A program made the translations under genes and the position numbers. A stretch of 63,992 nucleotides of DNA, the filler included, from Basidiobolus ranarum (Eukaryota), in the NCBI GenBank assembly GCA_040143965.1. It is 5 parts of 5 records of this genome, joined end to end, with 100 filler letters (N's around TTAATTAATTAA, not from the genome) between each part and the next. Parts side by side here need not be neighbours in the genome. Positions count along the whole stretch, not along the records: positions 26,062 to 38,975 come from JASJQH010000514.1; positions 39,076 to 51,978 come from JASJQH010000515.1; 3 more parts are not named here. The stretch is one strand, 5' to 3'. Of the stretch, positions 26,062 through 39,812 are shown one piece after another (position 1 is the first letter of the stretch; every line of letters starts with the position of its first letter). The notes beneath the pieces were generated by a model. The model did no database searches. It was not told the origin of the DNA and was given only the letters and a program-made list of their open reading frames with translations.

Positions 26062-28368
26062 TCAGATATATAGATTTTTCAAACTTGTGCTAGAAGCCCC
26101 AAACTTTGCACACATGTTCCTGGGACCTTCCTTAACATATTCTACATGTTGGTTTGTTTACATCTGGACAAAACTATAAATGTCAACTTTCTACTCAATA
26201 AATCAATAAGTGAAAACCACCAATTCCTCTGATTCTCCAAACCACTTCCAACAGGCTCCCAAATACTTTAACAGTTTGCAGATATATAGATTTTTCAAAG
26301 AAGCCTCAGGCTTTGCACACATTCTCCTGGGACCTTCCTTAACACATTCTACACATCAGTTTGCTTACATCTTGACAAAACTATAAATGTCAACTGAATA
26401 CTCCATAAATCAACAAGTGAGAACCACCAATTCCACTAATTCTCCAAACCACTTCCAACAGGCTCCCAAATACTTTAAAATGTCAACATTCTACTCAATA
26501 AGTCAATGAGTGAAAACCACCAATTTCTCAAATTCTCCAAATCACTTTCAACAGGCTCCCAAATGCTTTAACATCCTGGAATCCAAGATAGATAGAACTA
26601 CCAATACAATGACTTTAAACCAGTCCAACTATATCTTAGATATACCAAAGAAGTTCAAAATGGAAGAAAGTAACCCAATTTCTCTTAAGGTTTTTGGGAG
26701 CCTATTGGAAGTGGTTTGGAGAATTATAGAAATTGGTGGTTTTCACTGATTGATTTATTGAGTTGAGAATTGACATTTATAGTTATGTCAAGATGTAAAC
26801 AATTTAACATCTAAAATGTGCTAAGCAAGGTCCCAGGAACATGTGTGCAAAGTTTGGTGCTTTTAGCACAAGTCTGAAAAATCTATATATCTGACAACTT
26901 CTAAGTTGGTAAAAATATTCTAAGTAAATTCCAATTGAGAATAATTGATAAAATCTTTGTGCATTATAAGAAAACTAGATACTAAGCTATATATGACTAT
27001 ATAAGTGCTTAGGCAATACTGATTTCAACATTCTCCCTCAACTAAATAGTCATATAAGCTAATCCTAATAAAGGTCTAAATTTCTCATATATCAGTCTAG
27101 CTAATGGTTTGGTTGACACATCAGCAATCATATCTTCTGTAGAATAATAAGTTAAGTCAACAAACTTATTCTCTATGGTCTCTCTAAGGAAGTGATGTCT
27201 GGGTCATTTTAGGTGAAATTTTTTCATTTTCATTGAACAAAACATCCCAGGACTTGATAACTTGGAAATTTTAGTATCATAGATTCTGGAGGCCTTATAT
27301 TGAGTACAATAACCTAGAAATATGCATTTCTTGCTTTTTGACATAAGCAATGCATCCAAGTATCCTGAAATGTTTTATATTGGTTACATCAGGTTTAACT
27401 CCAAACCAAGCTTGATATGATGTAGAGTTAGACAGACTTCTAGTAAAGCTCCTATTCTGCAAGTATAGAACTGTAGCAATGGAATCTGCCCAAAAGTTAT
27501 GATATAAATTTTGAGCATTTATCATAGATCTTGCCAATTCTCAAATCACTTTCAACAGGATCCCAAATACTTTAAATGTTGTGTGTTAATAGTTCTAAAA
27601 TTATGTATCTGATCAAATCATAGCAGTTAAGCAGACTTTCCAATATTTGAAATGTACTGTTGATCTGTGCTTAAAATATATATATTTTAAAACAAATTTT
27701 GATCTGTTAGAATATTCAGATGCAAATTAGGGAAGAGATAGTGAGGACAGGAGATCTATAATAGGATACTTATTTCTTTGCTGTAATGATGCTATTTGTT
27801 GGAATTCAAAGAAACAGTCAATATATCACTTTCAACAATATAAGCAGAATACATAGCTGCCTGTGAAGCAACAAAAAAAGCAATATGTTTTATTGACTTA
27901 ACTTGTTGCTCTACAGAAGATATGCTTGCTGATGTATCAACAAAGCCATAAGCTGCACAGAAATTTGAGAAATTTAGACCTTGCTTAGGATTAGCTTATA
28001 TGGCTACTTACTTGAGGGAGAGTGTGGAATTAGCATTGCCTAAACATCTATACAGTCATATAAGGCTTAGTATTTAGTTGTCTAATATTTCACTAAGATA
28101 TTATCCATTATTCTCAATTGGAATTTACTTGGAATATGTTTGATGAGATAGGAGTTCTCAGATATATGGATTTTCAGAAGTGTGTCAGAAGTCCCAAACT
28201 TTGCACACATATTCCCAGGCCCTTCCTTAACACACTTGACATGTTACTTTGTTGACATCTTGACAAAACTATAAATGCCAACTTTCAACTCAATAAATCA
28301 ATAAGTGATAGTTACCAACTTCTCTATTTCTCCAAACTACTTCTAACAGGCTCTCAAATACTTGAACA
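26062..28368. mobile_element. Scrambled Ty1/Copia island: tandem partial LTRs, RT, integrase and RNase H fragments, two PPT+LTR junctions
   Basis: RT fragment LNQSNYILDIPKKFKME (26573-26680 +). Integrase ARSMI...FWADSIATVLYLQNR...FRILGCIAY (27295-27537 -). RNase H STEDM(I/L)ADVSTKP twice. PPT TTGAGGGAGA before the LTRs at 26684-27030 (-) and 28023-28368 (+). Confidence 0.9.
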
Positions 28369-31040
28369 TATCAAAGGGATATTAGTTTCAACAAATTTGA
28401 GACTAGCAGGACTTTGCAAGGCAAGAATTGATTAAAGTTGGAAAGATTTTTATCAATTCAACTGAATTAATACATTCACAAACGAATTATCTTCAAAATA
28501 TCTATGAAATCATAATGAGCCATGTTGATATTAGTAAAATCAACAACCTTAGAATTTAGTCAAGAAGAGGTATAATAGTAGTGAAATCCCCATGAGTCAT
28601 TTGGCTTGTCTTTTGTATATTTTTGGGTTCTTAAAACTAACTGCGTTACGCAGTGCCAAAAATTCTGTGTAAAGACTCTTTTGTCAAAAGCTTGATCACA
28701 GTGGGTAATTACGTAGTAGTCACAAACAGTTGAGTACGTATCATTTTATTACGAATGTGTGCTGATACTAGTCGTACCTTGTCTGTGACGGGCGTCTTGT
28801 ATGCCGGCTTTAAGACCGTGTCCAACTTTATCTTTCTTGTTATGCTTGTGTGATTCCCCAGCAGTGCTTGTACTTCCTCTTGCCTAGTTGACTTATGGTT
28901 TGGACATTCTCTTGACCTTGAACTTTTATGAACGCTTTGATGAGAGCTTGAGCATACAGCTACGCTCTCTACTTGTCACTACCCTTTCCTTTTGCCTCAA
29001 GCTTTTGCCTTTTTGACTCATTTTTTCATATTAAAGTAGGTCTTTTATGCTTTGTACCGACTATATTATGTACATGGGTATTAGATATTACTATTATATC
29101 TGTATCATGTCTTTGAGTTTTATCTTGTTCCTCTTCTATCTCTTTTTTACACTTCCAAAACCTTTTTAATATATCATGAATTTTTTGTATAAACATTTAT
29201 TTTATAGGTAGTTATATTGCTAAAAAGTAAGGGAGAGTGAGGGAGGGATATAGAGATATGAAGATACATGGTTGACAGGAAAAAGCGTTTCAAAATATTT
29301 TTAAAAACGTCCCAAACCCAACCTAAAATAATGTAGTATATTCCATCCATCAGTCGAGTGGATATACTTCGAAGTGGCCACCGAGCCAATCAATGATCTT
29401 AATATACCATGGAATAAAAACGTAATTATGAATAGATCTTCCGTCAAATGAATCCTGATTCTGATTAAACCAGAGATGATAGGTCAATTGAACATGGAAT
29501 GGTGAATATTTTTGGCTGCTTCCAATACGAGACATGCTATACTACTGGGCTGGATAGAATAAGAATGGTTCTATGCCTATACATCTAGCCTTGTATATAT
29601 CAACGCATTTATGGATCCCAATTTCATCTTCATCGAGCCTAATAATATTGTTACCTTTACCATAACAGTCGGATGTCATAAAGTATCCTACTCTTTGTAT
29701 CGGAGATATTTGTTGGTCTAACGCGATAGGCTTAATCAGATCGTTACAGATTAATGTTTTTGATATAAGCAGCTGTACAGAGGAAAGAAACCGCCTTCGT
29801 CCAAGTTGGAGAAACCCTGTATAGGACGAGGAAACACCGCTTCAATGCTCTGACAAGGTATGTGTTGAATTCATCGATACAATAGGAAGATCAATTTGTA
29901 CTGGCAATCCCTTTATCGAATAATGGATCTAAGTTGAACTCTCGCTGAATATGACGTGGGTGCATCATCTTGATATTGTTTCCTTCTAGACATGTCACCA
30001 ACAAAAGCTTCTACACCATCCCAGGTGTTCATGTCAAGAGAAGATTGCTGGCTTTGTGCCTTTGTCTTCAGAAATCGTGATTTAATAATGATACAGGCTA
30101 TATAAATGGTTCCTCGCGGAACACAAGGATTCAGTTGGCCATAAAAAAAGGTAAGATTGCTGAATGCTTAAAATGTCCCTCCCACCTCTCCGGTATAGAC
30201 AAGATATTGGTTCCGGTGATATGCCAGTAATCGTCTAGAAAAGAAAATATCCCCTGATGGGGCACGCAATTCTCTGCAATCCATATTGAGAAATTCATTC
30301 TCTAAGTATATATTAGATGCTCCTCTCCTACTTGCGTACAAAGGCCGGTTCCAGATTAATGATTTATTGGAAAATTCATCGATAATTAATATACATGGTA
30401 AAGATAACTAACCCACAATATATTTTATTGGTCAGGAATATTCCATAGTTTTTTTAATATATAACCTATTCGCTTACCCAATGGAATTGCTCACATGATG
30501 GGATTCTTATGAGCCCTTGTTCCCAGTTTTCCTAATAGCTTTCCAAAGTAACATCGTCCCAATTTAAAAAACTGAATTTTAGAGACAGAGAGAGAACGTT
30601 GTTGTAACTTTGAACTGTCTAGTTTGAAATTCGAATGCTGACAACGTAATTATAGTCTGTGCTTGCCAGGTGTTTAGGTCAAAGTAATGAACATATGGTA
30701 CATATAAAAAGTTAACCATGAAAAATAGATAGACCATTTTTGAACAGAGTCCTTGAGCAACTTCGATGTTAGAAGTGTTTAATTATATGAATCGCAGTAA
30801 TAGGAATGGAAGGTATTTTGATCTCTAAAGCACCAGATTAGCCCAGCTAAGAATCGTCTGTAAATGTATATACAAAATGGATTTACTAAATAAAAGGTTG
30901 TTGAAACTATACGGTTCATGATTAACATCGCTTCGGTGAACCAAGAAACATTATGCAACATTTCAAAAATTAATGAGAGGACAGCGTAGTGAGTTATTAG
31001 GGGAATATCAGAAAAATTGAAGATGTCTTGCATTTCATCA

Positions 31041-31496
31041 TCATTTGGTTAAGGTAACATTTGTGTAAGGGTGGAAGTTACGACTGGACCTATTGACCTG
31101 TGTTCTCGAGCTCGGGAATGAGACCTTGGGAACGCTCCAATCGGCTATTAAAGTGGCCCATTTCTCAAACGCAATAGTACTAATATTTACATTGAAATCC
31201 AACAATTTGAATAACTCCCATTCAATTCCGATTATATCAGAAATCGATATTGCACTACAACGTGACCATACGCGGGTGGATTTGGTGGTGTCGTCTAGGA
31301 ATTTATGTGATAGTATTATGGCAGCCAAGAAAAGTTGCTGGCCATTTTGGATAGTAGAGACGGGTGGTCGTGATTGGTTGAGCCGTAACAGGTAGATACT
31401 CGCACAGAGCAAGTGGCTCATAGTGAGTGCGCAGTGGCGTGTGATATGCATCATAAAGGCTCGTAGGGGAACTTCGTCAGTTGGCTCGATTTTCAT
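31041..31496 (-). CDS. Pho85-type (Pcl/Pho80-like) cyclin, single cyclin box
   Basis: LLCASIYLLRL...LFLAAIILSHKFLDD....RVWS...DIIGIEWELFKLLDFNVNI is the typical Pcl cyclin-box pattern. Confidence 0.8.
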   Translation of the reverse strand: MKIEPTDEVPLRAFMMHITRHCALTMSHLLCASIYLLRLNQSRPPVSTIQNGQQLFLAAIILSHKFLDDTTKSTRVWSRCSAISISDIIGIEWELFKLLDFNVNISTIAFEKWATLIADWSVPKVSFPSSRTQVNRSSRNFHPYTNVTLTK

Positions 31497-34026
31497 GGTT
31501 CGAAGTATTGCTTGAATTAACAGAATGGTGACCTCTATTATGTTTTGTGAGTTTAGTAAGGGTGCTTAAGGGTTATGTTTGATTAAGATTTCAACTCTAC
31601 CTGTCGTAGCGTGAACTGCTTTAATATTTACAGATTTGCGTGTGGGAACAACTCTTAAAGCTCCAGTGTCTTTCATTGTGTCAAAGGATTGAAGGTGAAA
31701 TAATGATTTTGATGCGAATCAGGGATTCTTTGAGGCTAATCCAACTGTATTGGATTTGATGTGGGTGAGGAAGTGAGATTTGAAATTAGGAAATAGCAAG
31801 ACCGATATATATATTGGAACTATAACGAGGCGATGAATATACAGCAGGAAAATACTGACTATTCTGATGACTCCCATTGCTTTTAAATGAAACTTCCGAA
31901 AATACCAAGACACTGCCAAGGATAGCTCACTCTGCGACACTTTTTTGGCCAAGCACTGGTTATACAATTCTGAGGCAACTCCTACTTGTCCCGATTAGGC
32001 TCTGAATTATCCATTTCCGATCACTTTAAACGTAACACGGTGAAACCAGTTATTTTAGTGTTATTCAGCAGTATGGATGGCACCATAGGTCGATACTGGT
32101 TACAGACTTTTTGACTGGTATAAGTGCATCTAGCTTTAGGAAAGTATGCCAAGAGCTCCTCGGCATTTTACCTCAAATACCAACAATTGCGGCATCCACG
32201 GTCTCAGCAGCTGCTAATTGGCGCTACACTAAAAATATCCAGATTAAGTATTTATAGGAGTTTATTCTACCACGTCCATATATGAGTAACCTGCTCAGTC
32301 CATTGGCTAAGCAAAATATGGGATCAAAAGCGTTTCAGAGCTACTCTCTTCTAGGAGGTGCGATCTCCAGGAGATTATCAATTGATCTTTATATTAACTT
32401 GCAAAAAAACGTTGAGTGGCAAAAGTGTTTTGGGGATTATTGACAAATTTGGATTCCATGGATGAAAATGGATACACGAATTACTAATCGTTTGGATTCT
32501 TCAAGTGGCATTTTAGGAAATATGTGAGGAGAATTACTGTCAGTTTATCCAAGCCAAGCTAGCTAGGCTGTCAAGATGTATTTTCTAAATCTCCGGATTC
32601 TGTGGGTATTACGTAGACTATTGTGCTAATATGCATCTCTGAGGTAACACTTTTGATTTATACCCTTATGTAGCCTCAGCATTACACCTCTAGGTGAAGA
32701 CGCCAAAATAGATCCGAATTTGTTGTATGTAAATTCTCGCCAAGCACAGATTTTAGTGGAGGTTAACTGTGTGTCGGACTTCTTGTTCGCTAGTGTTTGG
32801 TAGAATTCTAATGCAGACTTCAGGGATCGATATGCATACAATTGGAAGCGATGATATGCCATTGTAATTTCAGTTATGTACGATCAACTGGTCACACATG
32901 AAACAGAGATATGAATGCCTTAGATTGAGATACTCTGAGGTTAGGTAAACAAGCACATATGCTCATCATTTGATATGCAAGAGACAGCCAAGAGCGAGTA
33001 TATATAAGGTTCATGTCGAAAACTCGCAATATACTCCTGCTGATCTCGAAGTTGGCTAGAATACGACTGATGTATCTACAGTGAAATCACCACTTGCTGC
33101 TTACAAACACCTGTATGCAAATGGTTCATAGCTTATTAGAGAGTAGCGTTTTGTTCCAAAATTGTGTCTACTCGCCCATGACTGAGCTGGGGAGCGTATT
33201 ATGGTTGATCATAGCGTGAATAACACGTAGTTTATTCGACCACAATACAGAAGCTACGTAAAGATAAGGATAGTCCGTTCTATTAAATATGTTTTACTTC
33301 CGATAAATACTGTTGAGATCCTATTCCAACCACGATTCTCCTCTTGATTTAAAATAAAGTATACTGACATGGATATTTATCTACATTTGCAGTGAATATT
33401 GTATGATGTTTAGTTAGACCACGTTCAGTAACAAGCAATTTTGGGTACGGGTATGAGCAGGATGGGTTCTATTCATAACAAATATTCGACGATTTGCGCA
33501 AATGTGTATATCGCCAGGTGTAATCCTTGCTAGTCCCTTAATAACAGCGAACCTGCCATTGTTCGGGATTCGGATCAAGTATTCACAGACATATGCTGAC
33601 ACTGATAAAAACATATCAAAGTTAATTCGTGGGGTTGGGCCATTTGGAAAATTCTCCATAAATAATCCGAGCTGCTTTTCATACAATCCACATAGCAGAT
33701 GAGCGTTATTGTAGTTCCTACGGTATGCCGTCTCAATGATAATCCAGCAGTAAAGAATCTTCCTAGTAGACAGCGGTTCTCTAGTGGATCGGTGATTTTG
33801 ATCTTCTCAAGCTTCACAAAGAGAATATAAGAAGACGAATCCACCTTTTCTGTTCACTATTCTATTTCAATCTTGGTACTATTCGCCTGAATTTCATTGC
33901 ACCTCTATACCCAAGGTAATCTCACATTGGTAGAAAACAGTGTTCTATAGTCACATTCAGCACAAATCCCATTAGATACCAGAACAATCTATCGGTGTTG
34001 CTTTATTAAACATATACCCATTAGTG

Positions 34027-36399
34027 ATGAAACCTCAGAGAAAATTAGAAAAGTCAGACATTCAAGAGCCTGGACAGGGCATTACTGCTGGTCCAAATCT
34101 TGAGGATTTATACGACGAGAAAAATGCCCCACCACCCAACGCGCGGCGTTTTCGACAGTTCATGGAGGAGCGGCAGCGTAATCTAAAATATGTTGAGCTA
34201 ACTTCGGGGAATCTGGTTATTGACTGTCCAGTTCCAGATAAGGTGCTACAAAATGTTCCATTCGCAGATCACGAAGAATTCACTCAGATGAGATACACTG
34301 CGGCTACTTGTGATCCAGATCATTTCTTGAAAGAGAGATACACACTCAGGCCTGCACTGTATGGAAGACAGACTGAGCTATTCATCGTGATGACTATGTA
34401 CAACGAAGACGATGAATTGTTCATTAAAACTTTTACTGGTGTATTGAAAAGCATACATCATCTGTGCAAGCGTTCCAAATCCCGTGTATGGGGCAATCAG
34501 GGCTGGCAAAAGGCTGTTGTATGCATCGTAGCTGATGGCCGTACAAAGATCCACCCTCGTGTGCTAAAGGTACTTGGTCTTATGGGCGTGTATCAGGATG
34601 GTATCATTCAAAATTCGGTAAACGGTAAGGCTGTCACAGGGCATATCTTTGAATTCACGACACAGAAATACGTGGACAAAGAGTTGAGTGTGCATAGTAT
34701 ACGCGAAAAAGGAATGGATCCTATTCAGATCCTCTTCTGTCTCAAAGAGAATAACGCTAAAAAACTCAATTCGCATCGATGGTTCTTCAATGCTTTTGCT
34801 CCGCTGTTAAATCCCAATGTCTGTATATTACTCGATGTTGGTACCAAGCCAAGTGGTACTTCCATTTATCATCTATGGAAAGCTTTTGATAGAGAGCCTA
34901 ATTTGGGCGGTGCCTGCGGTGAGATATGTACTGAGTTGGGCAAAGGTTGGAACAACTTGATAAATCCTTTGGTTGCTGCTCAAAACTTCGAATACAAGAT
35001 GAGCAATATTTTGGATAAGCCACTTGAGAGTGTCTTTGGTTACATTAGTGTACTACCTGGAGCTTTCTCTGCGTACCGATATGCTGCATTGAAAAATACA
35101 GCCCCTGGAGTTGGCCCTTTAGCATCATACTTCAAAGGAGAGAAAATGCACGGTGCTGATGCCACAGGTGGCATTTTTGAAGCAAATATGTATCTTGCGG
35201 AGGATCGTATTCTTTGCTTTGAACTCGTAGCCAAGAAAAACTGCAAATGGTTGCTGAAGTATGTGAAGTCAGCAAAAGCTGAAACAGATGTGCCAGATGC
35301 GTGGCCTGAGTTCATTTCTCAGCGACGTCGCTGGCTAAACGGTTCACAGTTTGCTGCATTTTTTGCAATGTACCACTGGTTCCAGATATTCAAGACAAAT
35401 CATAGCAAAGGAAGAAAACTACTGTTCTTAGTAGAATTCATATATAACTTTGTTTCATTGATATTTTCTTGGTTTTCAATTGGAAATTTCTATTTGACAC
35501 TATACTTCTTGGCGGAGTCCTCCATTCCCAAAGATGACAATGGAAATGTCATTAGAGGCTATGACTCTTCTCGGCCGGATCCATTCTTTGGTGGTTCGTG
35601 GATTGCATATCCGATTGTCCGTCAAATATTTTTGTTAGGATTGGTGATTCAGTTTATCCTAGCACTCGGCAACAGACCACAGGGCTCACACTCAGTTTAT
35701 CTGGTGTGCGTGTGTCTGTTTGCGTTTGTGATGTTAGTTATGCTATACACGATTGTCTTTAACCTGGTTCAATACTTTATCAACCCTGCCACCATAGCCA
35801 CTCTATCCTCCGGGGATTTAACGTTAGATAGCTTGAACATCTTTATAGCGTTGGCTTCCACCTACGGCTTATATTTCCTATCCTCGTTTTTGTATTTCGA
35901 GCCTTGGCATATGTTGACCTCCTTTTTGCAGTACATGTTTATATTTCCCTCATATGTCAATATTCTGATGGTTTACGCCTTCTGTAATACCCATGACGTT
36001 TCGTGGGGAACTAAGGGCGACAATAAGCCCGATTCAGATCACGCTGGGCATAACGTAACCACGACTACAACCAAGGAGGGAGTACAGGTGGCGGAGGTTC
36101 AGGTTCCAACCGATATCAACGGCTTATACGATAACATGGAGAGCGAGTTAAAAATTCGACCTGGAGCAGCCAAGCCTGTAATCGATTCTGCTACACAAAA
36201 GGAGGACTATTATAAGTTATTCCGTACAAGAGTGGTACTACTATGGATTATATCCAATGCCTTGCTGTTGATACTATGCCAAGCTAAAGGGAGCAGTGAT
36301 ATTTACCTTACTGTGATTTTCTGGTCCGTAGCTGGGTTGTCAGGGGTGAAGTTTATTGGCTGCGTTATTTATTTGATCTTACGGCTCATATTTGGTTAA
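34027..36399 (+). CDS. Chitin synthase, division 1 (class I/II/III type), uninterrupted ORF; an upstream exon is not excluded
   Basis: [49 protein letters not shown] and a C-terminal TM region. Confidence 0.97.
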   Translation: MKPQRKLEKSDIQEPGQGITAGPNLEDLYDEKNAPPPNARRFRQFMEERQRNLKYVELTSGNLVIDCPVPDKVLQNVPFADHEEFTQMRYTAATCDPDHFLKERYTLRPALYGRQTELFIVMTMYNEDDELFIKTFTGVLKSIHHLCKRSKSRVWGNQGWQKAVVCIVADGRTKIHPRVLKVLGLMGVYQDGIIQNSVNGKAVTGHIFEFTTQKYVDKELSVHSIREKGMDPIQILFCLKENNAKKLNSHRWFFNAFAPLLNPNVCILLDVGTKPSGTSIYHLWKAFDREPNLGGACGEICTELGKGWNNLINPLVAAQNFEYKMSNILDKPLESVFGYISVLPGAFSAYRYAALKNTAPGVGPLASYFKGEKMHGADATGGIFEANMYLAEDRILCFELVAKKNCKWLLKYVKSAKAETDVPDAWPEFISQRRRWLNGSQFAAFFAMYHWFQIFKTNHSKGRKLLFLVEFIYNFVSLIFSWFSIGNFYLTLYFLAESSIPKDDNGNVIRGYDSSRPDPFFGGSWIAYPIVRQIFLLGLVIQFILALGNRPQGSHSVYLVCVCLFAFVMLVMLYTIVFNLVQYFINPATIATLSSGDLTLDSLNIFIALASTYGLYFLSSFLYFEPWHMLTSFLQYMFIFPSYVNILMVYAFCNTHDVSWGTKGDNKPDSDHAGHNVTTTTTKEGVQVAEVQVPTDINGLYDNMESELKIRPGAAKPVIDSATQKEDYYKLFRTRVVLLWIISNALLLILCQAKGSSDIYLTVIFWSVAGLSGVKFIGCVIYLILRLIFG

Positions 36400-38040
36400 C
36401 TTTATTACCAGAGCAATCAAACGCAACTAGTAAGTGTTGAAGCACTTGAAGTATTGTATACACTAGGCTAGAGTAGTTGAGTTTTGGCAAAGAGAGTCGT
36501 ATGTATCTATCTGTTAGTAAGATTATCACCAACACAATCATGTAGACGGCAGTATCTCGAGTTCACTTAGTGGCGCTATTTTTGATTTATCTTGCCGACA
36601 AATATCTATTAAAATACCACATTACATGTAACAATCGTTGATTTGTATATTCCAATGGATATTTACTAAGGTAAGTATTTACACTCACTAGGATGGACCA
36701 GGTAGTCCTGACCCAGTGTTTGAAGACTTCGAAGCATCATTTGAATTCAGGGCTATATATATTACAACACTAGTAAGCTAGTGGTGGAGTATCAGCTCAA
36801 TTCAAAACCTGCTTACGGATATACTTTAGTATGTGGGTTCTGGAACAGGAATTAAGATATGCCGATCTTGATGGATACTACTGGGTTACAATAGTCATCT
36901 GCAGTTTCATACATATCTTGCTTAGTAATTGGTAGCTGCAACTTATCTGTGGTTCAAGTCTGACGAGGTTTATCGAGCACATTACGCTGTTCGCACAACC
37001 AACATTAAGGCAGAGCCAAATGCATTTGTAACATGGCTCGATATAGATGACGGATGAATGGCTTTAGACAGCATTTGTCCTCTGAGTATTTGTTAAAATT
37101 GGTTGCTCCAGTGAATATCCAGCCAGGCAAACATCGAATGGGTCATTTCATCGGTGTAGCATCGGCTATTGAAGGGGTTGAGTATACGTGACAGGGTAGC
37201 GGGAACAGTGATTATACTTGCGCATTCACACAAGGTTTGGTCACTCCCGTACGACCTATAGGATTGCAAATGTAAGTTTTACGCCTGAGCTGATCTTATA
37301 GTAATTGAGTACTATATATATATACAATGTGCCAAGATCATGCTGAAATCGTAAATGCCAAGACATTGCATAAATCCAAAAACTCGCACTCCATTATGTA
37401 CTAGTTTTCGAGTCCTGCTCTGGTTCAGGATTCCTGAAATATTGGTGCAGGACGATGTTTCAGAGGTATAGTACAAACAATTCTTATTTTGAGCACGCTT
37501 GTGTTCCATATGGCTTGCGCAGATCACCGTTGACAAGAAATACGCGCATGTGGTCACCTTTACTTGACTTCTGAATAGGTCAATTTCAGGTAACTTTTAT
37601 GCAGTATCAGTGCTCTGATTCACTGGTAATCCGAGTTAATTGGTTACGTCAACCCATTTCATAATAAATGTTCTGATTCTACTATTGACAGCCAAAACCA
37701 TTTCAGTCATCGCGTTGAATATCTTAAGCTGGTCAGGCCACTGAATCATATGTTGTCAGTGACAACATTGTTATTACCGCCTATGATACTTTGTGTTATC
37801 CAAGATCCTGATTGGGATAGATCTACCGCATTTAAACCAACCAGTTTAAACACATATCTTTAAAGTAACCTAGGATATAAACGCACGTTGAATCATTGCA
37901 TATAGGAAAAAGCAGCATATCTGCTATCACGTATTCAAAATGACTTCGATAGAGTCCCGGCCGGGGAACTGATCCAGTTTCTATATTTTTATAAAGTTTG
38001 CCATCACACGCCACTACTATTATTAGTTATATGAACATTA

Positions 38041-38475
38041 CGTTGAAGTACATTGGGAATTGTTGAAAGTGATTTGGAGAACTAGAATATTTAGTGAATT
38101 CATTACCGATTTATTGAGGGGTAAGTTGACAATCTTACTTTTGTAAAGAGATAGGCAAACCAACAAGTTGAATATATTCAGTAAAGTCAAAAGAACATGT
38201 GTATAAAGTTAGTGTTCTCTTGGCCAAGTTTGCAAAAACGACATAATGTGAGAACTTCCAAGCGGGTAAAAATAATCCATGTAAATCTGGAGTGTGAAAA
38301 ACTTAGTAATAATATAGAGTAATTTAGGTAGTTAAGTATAAGACTATATAGATACTTGAGCTGTATCATCATAACACCCTCCCTTAACTAGATAGTCATA
38401 TGAGCTAATACAAGAGGATTTACAATTTCACAAATTTTTCTGTGGCTAGTGGTTTGGTTAATAAATGATAGCAAC
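38041..38475 (-). mobile_element. Degenerate Copia 3' end: RNase H tail, PPT and LTR (38041-38376)
   Basis: Diverged match to the LTR family; PPT AAGGGAGGG adjacent; TKPLA-like remnant. Confidence 0.65.
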
Positions 38476-39075
38476 AAAGAAAGGTTTGGATGAGTTGGGA
38501 TAAGATAGAGTGGGGGCTTGGGGAGATATCCTGCCCAGTGAATCATAGGCTTGATCATTTGCTCAGGGTATAGTTCTCCTAGCAAAGGTCACAGAGGGTA
38601 AAGATTTGTTTACTACTATATTATCACTTACTTAGGGGGATGAAAAGCACCAGATGGTGTGGACCTTATTTAGCTTATATACTAACCCAAACAAAGTGAC
38701 AATCAAGACATCAATCTTTTAAGATATTGTGACAATACTGTATAATATCCATACTTAACTTGATGACCAATGTCATCAAGTTCAGAGGATGCAAATATAG
38801 TGTTAGAGGCTAAAGGTGGTAAGCAGAAAGGAAGGTACTTAGGGTATAGATGTTCTGGTAAGGGTCAGGATGAAAAGAGGGGGTCTGCAGGATACAGTCC
38901 TCCCAGTATAAAAAGAAAGCAGGGGGTATGGGGGATGCAATCCCCTATGTAAAAAAGAAAGCAGGGGGTTTGGGGNNNNNNNNNNNNNNNNNNNNNNNNN
39001 NNNNNNNNNNNNNNNNNNNTTAATTAATTAANNNNNNNNNNNNNNNNNNNNNNNNNNNNNNNNNNNNNNNNNNNN

Positions 39076-39812
39076 CCATGGTGTTTACGAACATCCTCTA
39101 CACTAACATCGTAGTTTTCTTTACGATCACGGTCACCGTGCAGTTTATTCCTGCTACCTACTTTAGTTGGATGGTTATCTTTTCTTCCATGAAGTTCATG
39201 ACCTCTACCTGCTCCAAAATCGTGATCCACTTTACCATTATTGTCTCCTTTTCCTTTATGAATTTTTCGGTGGTTGTTTTTATCAGTATCACTGTGTTTC
39301 TTACCACTGCCATCTTTACCATCCTTGGAGCCATGCCCGTTTAATCGAGGCGCCGATTTAGTGTCGTAACCTTTCTTGACTCCATGATCTTTGTTAGCAC
39401 CACCTTTTACTGTTGGGTGACCTCCATCCTTATCATCCTTACCTCCCCTACAATGGCTATCTTTACCACCACCTGCTCCAGCGTCATATGCTCTTTTTTT
39501 GATATGCTCTCCGTTGCCATGCCCTAGTCGAGATTTGACACATTGCCTCTCATCACATCTTAAGCCGAGAATGTTAGCACTCTGGACTAAGGTTTTGCAA
39601 TCATGCCTGATAGGTCGAGAGATGTCGATGTGGAGTCTCCTTATATCAATGTGACCACAAGCTCTGATGTCCAAGCTTATGCCATAGACCTTCAACTCGG
39701 TAACAACGCCTTGGCAATACTTGCGATAGGCATTTGAATCCGGAATGTTAACACTGGCCACTAGTGTGAGAACTGCGAATGTCAATAATGATTTCAAGGC
39801 AAAAAACTTCAT
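39076..39812 (-). CDS. His/Gly/Lys-rich secreted repeat protein, array copy 1 (3' end in gap)
   Basis: MKFFALKSLLTFAVLTLVAS signal, 5-Cys domain, KKRAYD, low-complexity tail. Close paralog of copies 2 and 3. Confidence 0.8.

Noticed and set aside
29340-30350. Coding-like stretch with short ORFs on both strands
   Set aside because: No consistent frame, splice model or recognisable motif; might be a decayed gene but I cannot support a call.
33414-33844. Short ORFs as upstream exons of the chitin synthase
   Set aside because: No convincing donor/acceptor chain or homology by eye.
38880-38975. G-rich direct repeat AAAAGAAAGCAGGGGGT(A/T)TGGGG with hairpin potential
   Set aside because: Two copies abutting a gap; probably the edge of an unresolved repeat and not classifiable.
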